A DNA stretch of 64,000 nt, taken from assembly GCA_049514215.1 (NCBI GenBank), contig JBEKVI010000021.1:1-64000 (forward strand), given 5' to 3'. The notes under the pieces are model-generated. The model was given only the letters and a program-made list of their open reading frames with translations. It was not told where the DNA came from and searched no databases. Both the position numbers and the translations under genes were made by a program. Positions 47,436 to 57,788 of this stretch are shown piece after piece. Source of the DNA: Burkholderiaceae bacterium (GTDB lineage: Bacteria; Pseudomonadota; Gammaproteobacteria; Burkholderiales; Burkholderiaceae_D). The stretch's first letter is position 1. Each line of letters starts with the position of its first letter.

Positions 47436-48265
47436 CCATGGAGACTTCCAGTGGCGATCTGGTGGCACCCGAAGCGTTAGCGCAAAAGCCGGTGAGACGA
47501 TTCACCCTGGGGTCGGTTGCGACCGCACTCATCCCGCTTCTGGGGCCGCTTGCGCTTTTCATCGTCTGGGACGTCATGGTGCGTGCCCGCATCGTCAGTC
47601 CCGTCCTTTTACCGCTACCCCTGGCCACGCTCGTCACGCTCGTGACGGGCATGTTCTCGGGCTCGCTGCTTCAGGATTTCGGCTACACCCTCTTGCGCAC
47701 TCTGGAGGCCTTTGGTCTGGCCGCAATTGTGGGCGTGCCCCTGGGCGTTCTTTTGGGCAGTAACGAGCGCGCCTATCGCAGCGTGGAATTCCTGATTGAC
47801 TTCTTCCGATCCACGCCCTCGTCGGCCCTGATCCCGCTGTTTCTCATGATCTTCGGTGTCTCCGACATCAACAAGGTCGCCATCGCCGCATTTGCGGCAC
47901 TCCTCGTCATCCTCTTTAACAGCGCCTATGGCGTCATCAATGCGCGCAAGCAGCGCGTCATGGCCGCTCAAGTCATGGGCGCCTCGCGCTGGCAGATCTT
48001 CCGGGACGTCCTCATCTGGGAGAGCCTGCAGCCGACTTTCGTGGGCCTGCGCAGTGCCATCTCGATGGCCTTGGTCATCGTCATCGTAGCCGAGATGTTC
48101 ATCGGCTCCGAAAACGGGCTCGGCCATCGCATCATCGATGCGCAGCAGGTACTGAACGTGCGCGACATGTATGCGTCGATCCTCGCCGCCGGAGGCCTGG
48201 GATATGCGCTCAACATCCTTTTTCTCGTGCTCGAAAAACGCATCGTCCACTGGAGCGGCAGATAG
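47432..48265 (+). CDS. ABC transporter permease, NitT/TauT family
   Basis: Six TM segments. ATGA overlap with the upstream binding-protein gene. Confidence 0.8.
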   Translation: MTMETSSGDLVAPEALAQKPVRRFTLGSVATALIPLLGPLALFIVWDVMVRARIVSPVLLPLPLATLVTLVTGMFSGSLLQDFGYTLLRTLEAFGLAAIVGVPLGVLLGSNERAYRSVEFLIDFFRSTPSSALIPLFLMIFGVSDINKVAIAAFAALLVILFNSAYGVINARKQRVMAAQVMGASRWQIFRDVLIWESLQPTFVGLRSAISMALVIVIVAEMFIGSENGLGHRIIDAQQVLNVRDMYASILAAGGLGYALNILFLVLEKRIVHWSGR

Positions 48266-48267
48266 TC

Positions 48268-49086
48268 GTGCGTCCCGTCAATCCCCCCCTAGCCGATACC
48301 ACCCCAACCCCGGTGTTTGTCCCGGGGCCGCCCGGAACACACATTACCATCCGCGGGCTCACCAAGTTCTTCGCGGGGCGGCCCCTCTACCAGAACTTTG
48401 ATCTGGACATTCCTAAGGCCAGCATCGTCTCGGTGTTTGGGCCCAATGGATGCGGAAAGTCGACGCTCATCAACATGATCGCCGGGCTCATTCCGATCGA
48501 CTCGGGCTCGATCCTGTTCGACGGAAAATCGCTCGCCCAAACGAAGATCGGCTATGTCTTTCAGAACTACCGCGAGGCGCTTTTCCCGTGGCTGCGCACG
48601 ATCGACAACATTGCCTATCCGCTGCGTCTGGAGGGCAAAACGCGCGCCCAGGTCGAGCAGCGCGTGGCCGAACTGGTGGCCTCGTTTGACGTCAAGTTCG
48701 ATCTGCACCGCTATCCCTACGAGCTCTCCGGCGGCCAGCAGCAGACCGCCTCCATCATGCGGGCTCTTGCTCCCCAGCCGGAAGTGCTCTTTCTGGACGA
48801 ACCCTTTTCGGCACTGGACTTCGAGATGACCCTGTTCATCCGCGAAAAGCTCCAGGAGGTCTTCATGGCGACCGGCACCACGATGATGCTGGTCTCGCAT
48901 GACCTCGAGGAGGCCGTCTACCTGGCCGACCAGGTTCTCCTGTTGACCAAGCGCCCCACCCGCATTGCCGAAATTCTGACCTACGCCGATCACCGTCCGC
49001 GCACCGTCGAGACACTCTCGGCACCCAGTTTCATCCATACCAAGGCCAAGAGCCTTGAAATCTTCCAGCGCGAAGTCCGCCGATAG
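48268..49086 (+). CDS. ABC transporter ATP-binding protein, NitT/TauT family
   Basis: Walker A GPNGCGKST, signature LSGGQQQ, Walker B LFLDEPFSALD. Confidence 0.85.
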   Translation: MRPVNPPLADTTPTPVFVPGPPGTHITIRGLTKFFAGRPLYQNFDLDIPKASIVSVFGPNGCGKSTLINMIAGLIPIDSGSILFDGKSLAQTKIGYVFQNYREALFPWLRTIDNIAYPLRLEGKTRAQVEQRVAELVASFDVKFDLHRYPYELSGGQQQTASIMRALAPQPEVLFLDEPFSALDFEMTLFIREKLQEVFMATGTTMMLVSHDLEEAVYLADQVLLLTKRPTRIAEILTYADHRPRTVETLSAPSFIHTKAKSLEIFQREVRR

Positions 49087-49101
49087 AAAGACACGATCCC
49101 G

Positions 49102-49284
49102 ATGCAGCCCAGTGAATACGAAGAGTACGTGGCCGCCGCCTTAACGCTTGCGGGCTATTCGTTTGATGCGCCGCAGCGCGCGTTGATCGCGGCCGAGTTC
49201 GCGCGCATCGCCGGCATCGCCGCCGACTTTGTCGACGAACCCCTGGCCGTGGAGCTCGAGCCGATCACGCTGTTTCGTCCATGA
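49102..49284 (+). CDS. Small (60 aa) AtzG-like subunit partner of the downstream amidase
   Basis: 60-aa ORF whose stop overlaps (ATGA) the amidase start. Position and size match AtzG of atzG-atzE-atzH operons. Confidence 0.5.
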   Translation: MQPSEYEEYVAAALTLAGYSFDAPQRALIAAEFARIAGIAADFVDEPLAVELEPITLFRP

Positions 49285-50729
49285 CTGTGACGACCGCCCA
49301 GCAAATCGGCGCGGCGATCCGTGTGGGATCCATCAGCGCGAGCGCGGTCGTGGAGGATTGTCTGGAACGCATCGCAAGGCGCGATCCGGTGCTCAACAGT
49401 TTTACCGAGGTCACTGCCGAGCGCGCGCGCCGTGAGGCGGCCGAGATCGATGCCCTGGCGGCCCGGGGAGCTGCGCTGCCGCCGCTCGCCGGAGTACCGT
49501 ATGCGGTGAAGAATCTGTTTGATGTCGAGGGGGTGATCACGCTCGCCGGGGCCAAGATCAATCGCGACCGCGCGCCTGCCAAGGCCGACTCGGTGCTCGT
49601 AGGACGCATGCGCGCGGCCGGCGCCATCCTGGTTGGCGCGCTCAATATGGATGAACATGCCTACGGCTTCACCACGGAGAACACACACTTCGGGGCGACG
49701 CGCAATCCGCATGATCCTAGCCGGACTGCGGGCGGCTCTTCCGGAGGCTGCGGAGCCGCGGTGGGCGCCGGACTCGTTCCGATTGCGCTGGGCTCGGACA
49801 CCAATGGTTCGATTCGCGTGCCGTCCTCGCTTTGCGGCGTCTTTGGTCTGAAGCCAACCTATGGCAGGCTGCCACGTACCGGAACGTTTCCGTTCGTGCA
49901 CGGCCTAGACCACCTCGGACCCTTTGGGGCTTCGGTGGGCGATCTCGCCTTGTCTTACGATGCCATGCAGGGTTTTGATGCGGGCGATCCGGCCTGCGCA
50001 CCCCGTGGCTTGGAGCCGACCTTTGCCGCCGTGCGGCGCGGTGCGCCGCCTCCCGACGGAGAACGCATGGCCGTCTTGGGCGGACACTTCGAGCGATGGG
50101 CGTCTCCACGGGCGCGCGCGGCCACTGCTGAGGTCGCGGCTGCTTTGTGCGTCACGCACCGGGTCGAATTGCAGGGGGCCAACCAGGCCCGTGCCGCGGC
50201 CTTCATCACCACCGGCTCGGAGGGCGGCGCACTGCATCGGCATGCCCTCATCGAGCGCTACGCCGAGTTCGAGCCGCTCTCTCGCGACCGGCTGGTCGCA
50301 GGCTCGCTCATACCGGCCAGTTGGTACATCGCAGCCCAGCGCATCCGCGCGCGCGTCTTAAGTGAGGCACTTGCCCTGTTTGAGCAGTACGAGGTGTTGA
50401 TTGCGCCTGCGACGCCCGTCTGTGCGCCGGTGCTGGGCACCGAGTGGCTCGAGATCAATGGCCAGCGGGTTCCCGCGCGCGCAAGCCTGGGGCTACTGAG
50501 TCAACCGATCTCCGCACTGGGACTGCCGGTCTGCACCGTTCCGATCTGGCCTAGCCTGGTGCAAGAGAGCGATCCCGCGGACCGGCCGCGGCCTGCCCAG
50601 GACCCGGACGGTCATCTTCCCCTCGGTGTGCAGATCATCGCGGCTCCGTGGCGAGAAGACCTGTGTCTGATGGTGGCAGCCCGCCTGGAGGCCTTGGGCA
50701 TCGCGCGTTGCATGAGCCCCTTGAGCTAG
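49281..50729 (+). CDS. AtzE-like amidase (1-carboxybiuret hydrolase family; Ser-cisSer-Lys amidase signature)
   Basis: [68 protein letters not shown]. Close to AtzE as I recall it. Confidence 0.7.
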   Translation: MTVTTAQQIGAAIRVGSISASAVVEDCLERIARRDPVLNSFTEVTAERARREAAEIDALAARGAALPPLAGVPYAVKNLFDVEGVITLAGAKINRDRAPAKADSVLVGRMRAAGAILVGALNMDEHAYGFTTENTHFGATRNPHDPSRTAGGSSGGCGAAVGAGLVPIALGSDTNGSIRVPSSLCGVFGLKPTYGRLPRTGTFPFVHGLDHLGPFGASVGDLALSYDAMQGFDAGDPACAPRGLEPTFAAVRRGAPPPDGERMAVLGGHFERWASPRARAATAEVAAALCVTHRVELQGANQARAAAFITTGSEGGALHRHALIERYAEFEPLSRDRLVAGSLIPASWYIAAQRIRARVLSEALALFEQYEVLIAPATPVCAPVLGTEWLEINGQRVPARASLGLLSQPISALGLPVCTVPIWPSLVQESDPADRPRPAQDPDGHLPLGVQIIAAPWREDLCLMVAARLEALGIARCMSPLS

Positions 50730-50740
50730 AGGACCGATCC

Positions 50741-51124
50741 ATGGAAATCAATCGACCCGAAGTCTTAGCCGAGGTCACAGCGGCCTTTGAGAGCTACGAG
50801 AAGGCCCTCGTGGGCAACGATGTCGCCATGCTCGATCGCCTGTTTCGCGATGCGCCCGAGACCCTGCGTTACGGCGCCACCGAGAACCTCTATGGCTTTG
50901 CCGCCATTTGTGCGTTTCGCGCCGGTCGCTCGCCGCAGGGCCTCAAGCGACGGGTGCTGCGCTGCGTGATCACGACCTACGGACGCGACTTCGCCACAGC
51001 CAACATCGAATTCCAGCGCGAAGGCCAAAGCGCGGTGGGTCGTCAAAGCCAGACCTGGGTGCGTTTTGACCTGGGGTGGCAGGTGGTCGCAGCACACGTG
51101 AGTTTCCTTGCGATGGCGGCCTGA
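50741..51124 (+). CDS. AtzH-like NTF2-fold protein (DUF3225)
   Basis: 127 aa ([28 protein letters not shown]...). Immediately follows the AtzE-like gene. Confidence 0.55.
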   Translation: MEINRPEVLAEVTAAFESYEKALVGNDVAMLDRLFRDAPETLRYGATENLYGFAAICAFRAGRSPQGLKRRVLRCVITTYGRDFATANIEFQREGQSAVGRQSQTWVRFDLGWQVVAAHVSFLAMAA

Positions 51125-51126
51125 AG

Positions 51127-51864
51127 ATGCGCATTGCGGCACCCAAGCGGCGCGATCCAGGCGAGCCCACGCTCGCCGACCAGGCCTACGAGCGCATCAA
51201 GGCGGAGATCTTCGATTTCGAGCTGGTCCCGGGCGACCGTTTCTCCGAAGCCGAACTTGCGCAGCGCCTGGGGATGTCGCGCACCCCGGTGCGCGAAGCC
51301 TTAAGCCGGCTGCAGCGCGAAGGCTATCTGGAAGTCCATTTCAAAAGCGGCTGGTCGGTCAAACCCTTCGATTTCGAGCAGTTCGAGCATCTCTACGACT
51401 TGCGCATGGTCTTGGAGACGACCGCAATCCGGCGCCTTTGCGAGGGAGCGGAAACGTTGATTCTGGCCGAGCCGATCGAGGAGCTCAAACGCATCTGGCT
51501 CGTCCCCAAGGAAGGCCGGGAAAGTGAGGGCTCCAAGGTCGCTCGGCTGGACGAGAACTTTCACGCCGCCCTGGTCGAGGCGGCCGGCAATCCCGAAATC
51601 GCGCGAGTACACAGAGCCGTCACCGAGCGCATCCGCATCATCCGGCGCCTGGATTTCACCCAGGCTGCGCGCATCGACAGCACCTACGACGAACATGCCC
51701 AGATCCTGCGCGTGGTGCTGGCGCGGCGTGCGCCCCAGGCCGAACTCCTTTTGCGTTCGCACATCGAACAGAGCAAAGCCGAGGTGCGCAAGATCACGCT
51801 TCACAAGCTCTATACGGTGCGAGCCGCCTCGGCCGAGCGCCATCGCGTCAAGCCCGAACTCTGA
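51127..51864 (+). CDS. GntR-family transcriptional regulator (FCD-type C-terminal domain)
   Basis: HTH GDRFSEAELAQRLGMSRTPVREAL. 3-nt gap after the AtzH-like stop. Confidence 0.8.
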   Translation: MRIAAPKRRDPGEPTLADQAYERIKAEIFDFELVPGDRFSEAELAQRLGMSRTPVREALSRLQREGYLEVHFKSGWSVKPFDFEQFEHLYDLRMVLETTAIRRLCEGAETLILAEPIEELKRIWLVPKEGRESEGSKVARLDENFHAALVEAAGNPEIARVHRAVTERIRIIRRLDFTQAARIDSTYDEHAQILRVVLARRAPQAELLLRSHIEQSKAEVRKITLHKLYTVRAASAERHRVKPEL

Positions 51865-51993
51865 ACGCCCGACGCCGGCAGGATCGGCTTCACAAGTCCC
51901 CTCTTGCCCGCGAGCGCGCGAGCGCCGTTGACATGGAGCGCCCCCTCTGCGAGCGTATGCGCCTAAAGTAGGCTCCGGCGAAGGAGACAGGCT

Positions 51994-53172
51994 ATGACAT
52001 TGCGACGTCGCGATCTTCTGGCGGCAGCCGGAAGTCTCGGTTGGATATCGGTCCTTAATGCCTGCGGCGGCGCGAATACCGAATCGGGAAACACGCCGCC
52101 GGCCTCGAACATCGATTTGAAGCTCCTAGCCGGCAGCGCACGGCAAAGCCCGGTCAGCAACGATGGTGTGGGCAGCGCTGCGACCTTCACCTCGCTTTTT
52201 TCCTGCGTGACCAACTCCCTCGGCAATATCTACGTCGGCGATACCGATGCGCTACGCATCGTCAGCCCGACGGGTGCGGTCTCGACCGTGGCAGGGCTTG
52301 CGAACAGTTCCGGCTACGCGGACGCGTTGGGATCGTCGGCCCGCTTTGGAATTCTGGGGGCGCTCGCGATCGATCAGAGCGGCAATATTCTGGCTTCCGA
52401 TCAGTACAGTTTCGCAATACGCCAGATCACCCCCGCAGGACAGGTGAGTACCCTCATCGGGGTGACCGGACGCACCGTCCCAGGCGCAGGTGGCGCCAAC
52501 GTCCCTGTCAACGGAACGCTCACCAACATCACGCTGCCCTTTGGCAGCTACGCTGGCGCCATCGCCCTCGATGGCAGCGGAAACATCTATCTCGCCTTTG
52601 CATCCGAGATCCTGAAGGTGTCCACGACGGGCGTGGTGACCACCTTCGCCGGCAGCGCGACCCAAGGCACCACCGACGGCGTCGGAAGCGCCGCCACGTT
52701 TGGCGTCATCACCGCGATGACCAGCGATGGCCTGGGCAATCTCTACGTCACCCAAAACACCGGTGCGGTCGAGACGGCGGGCGTGGCGAGCGTTGCCGCG
52801 ACGGCCTCGGTGCGCAAGATCACACCCGGCGCCGTGGTCAGCACCATCGCCGGGGGCACCAGCGGCAACGCCAACCCGTATGGATACAAGAACGGAGCGG
52901 CGGCTCAGGCCCAGTTCACGCTGCTCGAAGGTATTGCCCTGGATCCCGCAGGTGATTTCTACCTGGCCGACAATGGCAATGGCGTGGTGCGCAAGCTATC
53001 GGCGGGCGGTACTGTGACGACCGTGGCGGGAACCACCGATCCTGTTGGGACCACGATCGTGCCTGGCCCTCTTCCGGCGGAGATCCTGCCTCCTGTCGGC
53101 CTTGCCCTCGCGGGAAGCAAGCTCGTCATCCTCTGTCCGAACGCGGTCCTTCAGACGACCGGCTTGCCTTAG
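51994..53172 (+). CDS. NHL-repeat-like beta-propeller lipoprotein
   Basis: Lipoprotein signal MTLRRRDLLAAAGSLGWISVLNAC. Repeated Gly/Thr/Ala-rich blades (SPTGAVSTVAG..., ITPAGQVSTLIG..., VSTTGVVTTFAG..., ITPGAVVSTIAG..., LSAGGTVTTVAG). Confidence 0.55.
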   Translation: MTLRRRDLLAAAGSLGWISVLNACGGANTESGNTPPASNIDLKLLAGSARQSPVSNDGVGSAATFTSLFSCVTNSLGNIYVGDTDALRIVSPTGAVSTVAGLANSSGYADALGSSARFGILGALAIDQSGNILASDQYSFAIRQITPAGQVSTLIGVTGRTVPGAGGANVPVNGTLTNITLPFGSYAGAIALDGSGNIYLAFASEILKVSTTGVVTTFAGSATQGTTDGVGSAATFGVITAMTSDGLGNLYVTQNTGAVETAGVASVAATASVRKITPGAVVSTIAGGTSGNANPYGYKNGAAAQAQFTLLEGIALDPAGDFYLADNGNGVVRKLSAGGTVTTVAGTTDPVGTTIVPGPLPAEILPPVGLALAGSKLVILCPNAVLQTTGLP

Positions 53173-53458
53173 AGAGTGGATAGACGTCACGCGTCCTTCG
53201 GTTGGCCTTTCTCGATCTTTTTCGAGTTGCGTTGTAAGCGAGATATTGTCATTGTTTTTCAGCCCGCTCGAACGCCAAGATGAAAAGAGTGCGCAGAGGC
53301 ATCCGCTTTTGCGCGTCGCAAAGACCTCCAGGGTGTCGTGCTCGCCGGTCACCCCCAAAACTCGTCCGGCTACAATCATCCCAGGTGTCCGGGATCGGAA
53401 GATTCGGCCGTTTTGAAGAGCTGCGCGGGCCCGCCCCTATCAAACGAGGAGTCAGACC

Positions 53459-53848
53459 ATGGCGATACAAGGTATGAGCCACTTCACCGTCCTGACGAAT
53501 GACGTGCCGGCGACCGAGCGCTTTTACTGTGATCTTCTCGGTCTTGAAGTAGGCTGGCGTCCGGATTTCAACTTTCCGGGGCTCTGGTTGTACTCCGCCG
53601 GTGTCCCCATTCTCCACGTCATTGGCGGCCGTACGGAGGCAGAACTCCGAGCTGGCGTCATCGATCACATGGCGTTTGACGCCGTTGACCTTCCGACCAC
53701 TGTCGAACGACTGAAGAACCAAGGCGTGAAATACGAGCTGCGCCGGACCGCAGGAAGCGCCCAAGGAATCTGGCAACTGTTCTGCTTTGATCCCAACGGC
53801 GCAAAAGTTGAACTCGATTTCAAGGCAAGTGAATCGCCGCCTGCCTGA
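53459..53848 (+). CDS. VOC/glyoxalase-bleomycin-resistance family protein
   Basis: 129 aa (HFTVLTNDVPATERFYCDLLGLEV...HMAFDAVDL). GAGGAG RBS. Confidence 0.7.
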   Translation: MAIQGMSHFTVLTNDVPATERFYCDLLGLEVGWRPDFNFPGLWLYSAGVPILHVIGGRTEAELRAGVIDHMAFDAVDLPTTVERLKNQGVKYELRRTAGSAQGIWQLFCFDPNGAKVELDFKASESPPA

Positions 53849-53892
53849 GAGCCTAAGACGCGCCGATTCGACACCCGGGATGGCAAGACGGC

Positions 53893-54573
53893 CTAGACCG
53901 TGACCGGGCCAAGCGCTTCCTCTAAGGCCGACAACGGGGCGGTCCATCCCACGATGGCGCCCTGGGCCGTGATCATCTCGAGGGTCGCTTTCTTGAAGGC
54001 CGGGAAATAGCTCTCGGTTGCGTCCTCGATGAGGAGCCCGTTATAGCCGCGATCGTTGGCCTCGCGCATGGTGGTCTGCACGCACACTTCGGTCGTCACG
54101 CCGGCAAAGATCAGGTGCGTGATCTCGCGCGCGCGCAGCACCTGCTCGAGTGGCGTGGCGTAAAAGGCGCCCTTACCGGGCTTGTCGATGACGAGTTCGC
54201 CAGGCTTCGCCGCGAGCTGGGCCACGATGTTATTGCCCGGCTCCCCGGTGATGAGCACGCGTCCCATCGGGCCCGGGTCCCCGATGCGAAGCGAAGGTGA
54301 TCCGCGCAGGCGCTTGGCCGGCGGGCAGTCCGAAAGATCGGGGCGGTGGCCCTCGCGGGTGTGGATGACGGCGATCCCGTGCGCACGGCAGGTTTCAAGA
54401 AGCGCGAAGACCGTCGGCACGATCGCCTCGAGCCGGCTGACGTCATTGCCCAGCGACGCGCCAAATCCGCCGGGCTCGACGAAGTCGCGCTGCATGTCGA
54501 TGACGATCAATGCCGTGTGGGCGGGGTCGAACGCGTATTCGAAAGGGGTGGCTGCAAGGCGGCGCTCGGTCAT
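53893..54573 (-). CDS. Isochorismatase-family cysteine hydrolase (BiuH/TrtA/RutB-like), paralog A
   Basis: Catalytic triad context [12 protein letters not shown] (Asp), DKPGKGAFY (Lys), [12 protein letters not shown] (Cys). 226 aa. Confidence 0.75.
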   Translation of the reverse strand: MTERRLAATPFEYAFDPAHTALIVIDMQRDFVEPGGFGASLGNDVSRLEAIVPTVFALLETCRAHGIAVIHTREGHRPDLSDCPPAKRLRGSPSLRIGDPGPMGRVLITGEPGNNIVAQLAAKPGELVIDKPGKGAFYATPLEQVLRAREITHLIFAGVTTEVCVQTTMREANDRGYNGLLIEDATESYFPAFKKATLEMITAQGAIVGWTAPLSALEEALGPVTV

Positions 54574-54590
54574 GGCAAATCGATTCCGGA

Positions 54591-56189
54591 TCAGTGTGTC
54601 AGCGCGGGAGATTCCGAGTGCCCGGCCATGTGTCGCCCGATCTCGCGCATGTCGGCATTCTGGACATCAGTCTCATAGACCAAGCGGCCCTCGGACATCA
54701 CGGCGATCCGGTCAGCGAGCTCGAAAAGCTCGTCTAAGTCCTCGCTGACCAAAAGCACCGCCGTCCCGCCGTTGCGTGCCGCGATGATGCGATCGTGAAT
54801 CTCGCTGACGGCGGCGAAATCGAGGCCGAACACGGGATTGGCGACAATGAGCAAGGATACCGGAGCCGAAAGCTCGCGCGCGAGCACTGCGCGCTGCACG
54901 TTGCCTCCCGACAACGTTCCGATGGCGGCCTTGGGCCCCTGCGTTTTGACTTTGAACTCACGAATCCAGCGTTCGGCCTGTGTGCGCGCCGCGCGCCGGT
55001 TAAGCCAAATGCCCATTGCCAGAGGGGCCTGGTCGAAGTTGCGTAGCGCCATGTTGTCGGCCACGCTCATGCGGGCGACGCAGGCGTTTTTCAGGGGCTC
55101 TTCGGGCAGGCTAAAGACGGCGAAGCTGCGGATCTCGTCGCGCTTGGAGTGGTACGGCAGGCCATCGACTGTGATCGATCCCGAACTGGGTTCGCGTTGA
55201 CCGATCAAGGCTTCCACCAGTTGACGCTGCCCGTTGCCCGACACGCCGGCGATGCCGAAGATCTCTCCCGGCCGAACCGAAAGGCTCACCTTCTCAACGG
55301 CCGGCATGCCGATGTCATCTTCGACGACGAGATCGGTGACCAAAAGACGTGGTGCGACATCGGCCTTGAGCGGCGTTTTCTTGGTGTCGGACTGCGGAAT
55401 CTGGCGCGAGCCCACCATCATCTCGGCCATGCGCTGCGCATCGAGCTCGGCAATCGGTGCGCCGCCCGCGAGCCGGCCGCGCCTGAGCACCGTGACGGCG
55501 TCGGCAAAGCCCAGGACCTCGCGAAATTTGTGCGTGATCATGAGAACCGAAAGCCGGCCCGACTGTGTCATCTCCTTGAGCATCCCGAGCACTTCGTCGG
55601 CCTCCTCGAGCGTGAGCACGGAGGTGGGTTCGTCTAAGATCATGAAGCGGCTCTTCAGATAGAGCTGCTTTAGGATCTCGAGCTTTTGTTTCTCGCCTGC
55701 GGCCAACCTTGAGACGGGGCGGTCGAGCGGCACCTGGAACGGGACCGATTGCATGAAGGCCGCGATGCGCTCGCGCTCGTCGCGCCAGCGGATGACCGCG
55801 GGCACGTCGGCACGCGACATGACGAGGTTTTCCGTGGCCGTCATGCTGGGTACGAGGGTGAAATGCTGGTAGACCATGCCGATGCCCAACGCGTGCGCAT
55901 CCTGGGGGGTCGAGATGACCTGTTCGCGGCCGTCGACCATGATCTGACCTTCGTCGGCCAGTTGGTAGCCGACGAGACATTTGACGAGCGTGCTCTTGCC
56001 GGCTCCGTTTTCGCCGAGCAAGGCGTGAAACGATCCCGGCATGACCCGCATCGAGACATCCTCGAGCGCAGCAAATGAGCCAAAGCGCTTGGTCAGGTGC
56101 AAGACTTCGACTCCGACGGCGCGCTCGCTTGGGACCGCCGGATGGGTCTCGCTGCTGACCACCCTGAGCATTTCCGAAGGAATCGACAT
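54591..56189 (-). CDS. ABC transporter ATP-binding protein with duplicated ATPase domains (CUT2/BMP-type)
   Basis: Two Walker A sites (GENGAGKST; GVSGNGQRQ) and two signature/Walker B sets. 532 aa. Confidence 0.85.
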   Translation of the reverse strand: MSIPSEMLRVVSSETHPAVPSERAVGVEVLHLTKRFGSFAALEDVSMRVMPGSFHALLGENGAGKSTLVKCLVGYQLADEGQIMVDGREQVISTPQDAHALGIGMVYQHFTLVPSMTATENLVMSRADVPAVIRWRDERERIAAFMQSVPFQVPLDRPVSRLAAGEKQKLEILKQLYLKSRFMILDEPTSVLTLEEADEVLGMLKEMTQSGRLSVLMITHKFREVLGFADAVTVLRRGRLAGGAPIAELDAQRMAEMMVGSRQIPQSDTKKTPLKADVAPRLLVTDLVVEDDIGMPAVEKVSLSVRPGEIFGIAGVSGNGQRQLVEALIGQREPSSGSITVDGLPYHSKRDEIRSFAVFSLPEEPLKNACVARMSVADNMALRNFDQAPLAMGIWLNRRAARTQAERWIREFKVKTQGPKAAIGTLSGGNVQRAVLARELSAPVSLLIVANPVFGLDFAAVSEIHDRIIAARNGGTAVLLVSEDLDELFELADRIAVMSEGRLVYETDVQNADMREIGRHMAGHSESPALTH

Positions 56190-56196
56190 GGGCTTC

Positions 56197-56868
56197 CTAG
56201 AGGGCGACGGTCAGTTCGGCGCTGGTTGCGACGGCACCGAACACGCCGCCTTGCATCTTGATCATGTGCAGCGCTGCCCGATGATTGCCCGCGTCGGTGG
56301 CCGCGGTGCAGTCGGCCAGCAACAGGCATTCGAACCCGCGATCGTTGGCGTCGCGCATGGTGGTATGGACGCACACGTCGGTGGTGATGCCCGTGAGAAT
56401 CAGGTTGCGGATGCCACGCGTGCGCAGCACCAGTTCCAGGTCAGTCGCGTAGAACGAGCCCTTGCCGGGTTTGTCGATCACGATTTCGCCGGGATGGGGC
56501 GCAAGCTCGGCGATGATCTCCCAGCCCGGCTCACCGCGCACCAGGATCTTGCCGCAAGGACCCGGATCGCCGATACCGGCACCGATCTGGCGCGAGCGCC
56601 AGCGCTTGTTGGCGGGCAGATCCGACAGATCGGGACGGTGGCCTTCACGGGTGTGGATGATGAGATAGCCCGCCTCGCGCATGGTCGCAAGCAGCGACTT
56701 GATGGGGCCGATGGGCGCGCGCGTGAGCGCCAGATCGTAGCCCATCTTGTCGACGTAGCCGCCTTCGCCACAGAAGTCGGTTTGCATGTCGATGATGATG
56801 AGCGCGGTGTTGCCGGGACGTAGATCGCCGTCGAAGGGCCACGGATAGGGGTCGGCTTGAACGAACAT
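56197..56868 (-). CDS. Isochorismatase-family cysteine hydrolase (BiuH/TrtA/RutB-like), paralog B
   Basis: [33 protein letters not shown]. 223 aa. Start overlaps the upstream permease stop (TAATG). Confidence 0.75.
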   Translation of the reverse strand: MFVQADPYPWPFDGDLRPGNTALIIIDMQTDFCGEGGYVDKMGYDLALTRAPIGPIKSLLATMREAGYLIIHTREGHRPDLSDLPANKRWRSRQIGAGIGDPGPCGKILVRGEPGWEIIAELAPHPGEIVIDKPGKGSFYATDLELVLRTRGIRNLILTGITTDVCVHTTMRDANDRGFECLLLADCTAATDAGNHRAALHMIKMQGGVFGAVATSAELTVAL

Positions 56869-57788
56869 TATTTTTGGATCGAAAGTTCGCCGGGGGCTCC
56901 GGCCAGCGCGCGGGTGCGCGAGGAGGTCATGATCATGATTGCCAGGGTGAGCGCGTAGGGTGTCGCGTTAAAGAGGTAGTAGCCGCTCGTGATGCCGACC
57001 GACTGAAGTGCCGGACCCAGAGCTCCCGCACCCCCGAAGAGCAGGGCGGCCCAGAAGCAGTTCACGGGATTCCAGCGCGCGAAAATGACGAGCGCGACGG
57101 CGATGAGTCCCTGGCCGCTCGAGAGGCCCTCGCTCCAGCTGCCGGGGTAATAGAGGGAGAGGAAGGAGCCTCCGATTCCCGCAAAGATGCCGCCCACGCC
57201 GGTGCAGCCGATGCGCACGAGATTGACGCGGTAGCCCATGGCGCGCGCGGCTTCGGCGCTGTCTCCGACGATGCGGACCACCAAGCCGATGCGCGTCGTG
57301 CGAAATGCGTAGGCCAGCCCAATGGTCAGGACGATGCCGATCAAGAACAGGGGGTTGATCACCAACGCCGCGCGCAGTGGGGCCAGATCGCTCCAGTTTC
57401 CGAGCGCGAGCCCCGGAAGGAGCTTGGCCTGGGGCTGGATGAAGGGCTTGCCCAGATAGAACGCAAGCCCGGTCCCAAAGAGCATGAGTGCGATGCCTAC
57501 GGCGATGTCGTTGACGCGCTTGAGACTGCAGAGCATGCCGTGCAAAAGGCCAAAGAGTAATCCCACCCCGCCTGCGGCGATCACCCCCCACCAGGGGCTG
57601 CCGGAAAGATAGGAGATCGCATAGCCAGTCATGGCGCCCATGACGAGAATGCCCTCCAGACCCAGATTGATGCGTCCGCTGCGCTCGGTGATGCACTCAC
57701 CTAGGCTCACGAACAAGAAGGGCGTGCTCACGCGAATCGCGCCCGAGAAAATCGCCAGCGGCACGCCCCACCAGCCGATCCCGTTCAT
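56868..57788 (-). CDS. ABC transporter permease (BMP-family importer)
   Basis: Start taken at [16 protein letters not shown] (idx 31 of ORF 56868..57881). Multiple TM segments. ATGA overlap with the upstream permease. Confidence 0.75.
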   Translation of the reverse strand: MNGIGWWGVPLAIFSGAIRVSTPFLFVSLGECITERSGRINLGLEGILVMGAMTGYAISYLSGSPWWGVIAAGGVGLLFGLLHGMLCSLKRVNDIAVGIALMLFGTGLAFYLGKPFIQPQAKLLPGLALGNWSDLAPLRAALVINPLFLIGIVLTIGLAYAFRTTRIGLVVRIVGDSAEAARAMGYRVNLVRIGCTGVGGIFAGIGGSFLSLYYPGSWSEGLSSGQGLIAVALVIFARWNPVNCFWAALLFGGAGALGPALQSVGITSGYYLFNATPYALTLAIMIMTSSRTRALAGAPGELSIQK

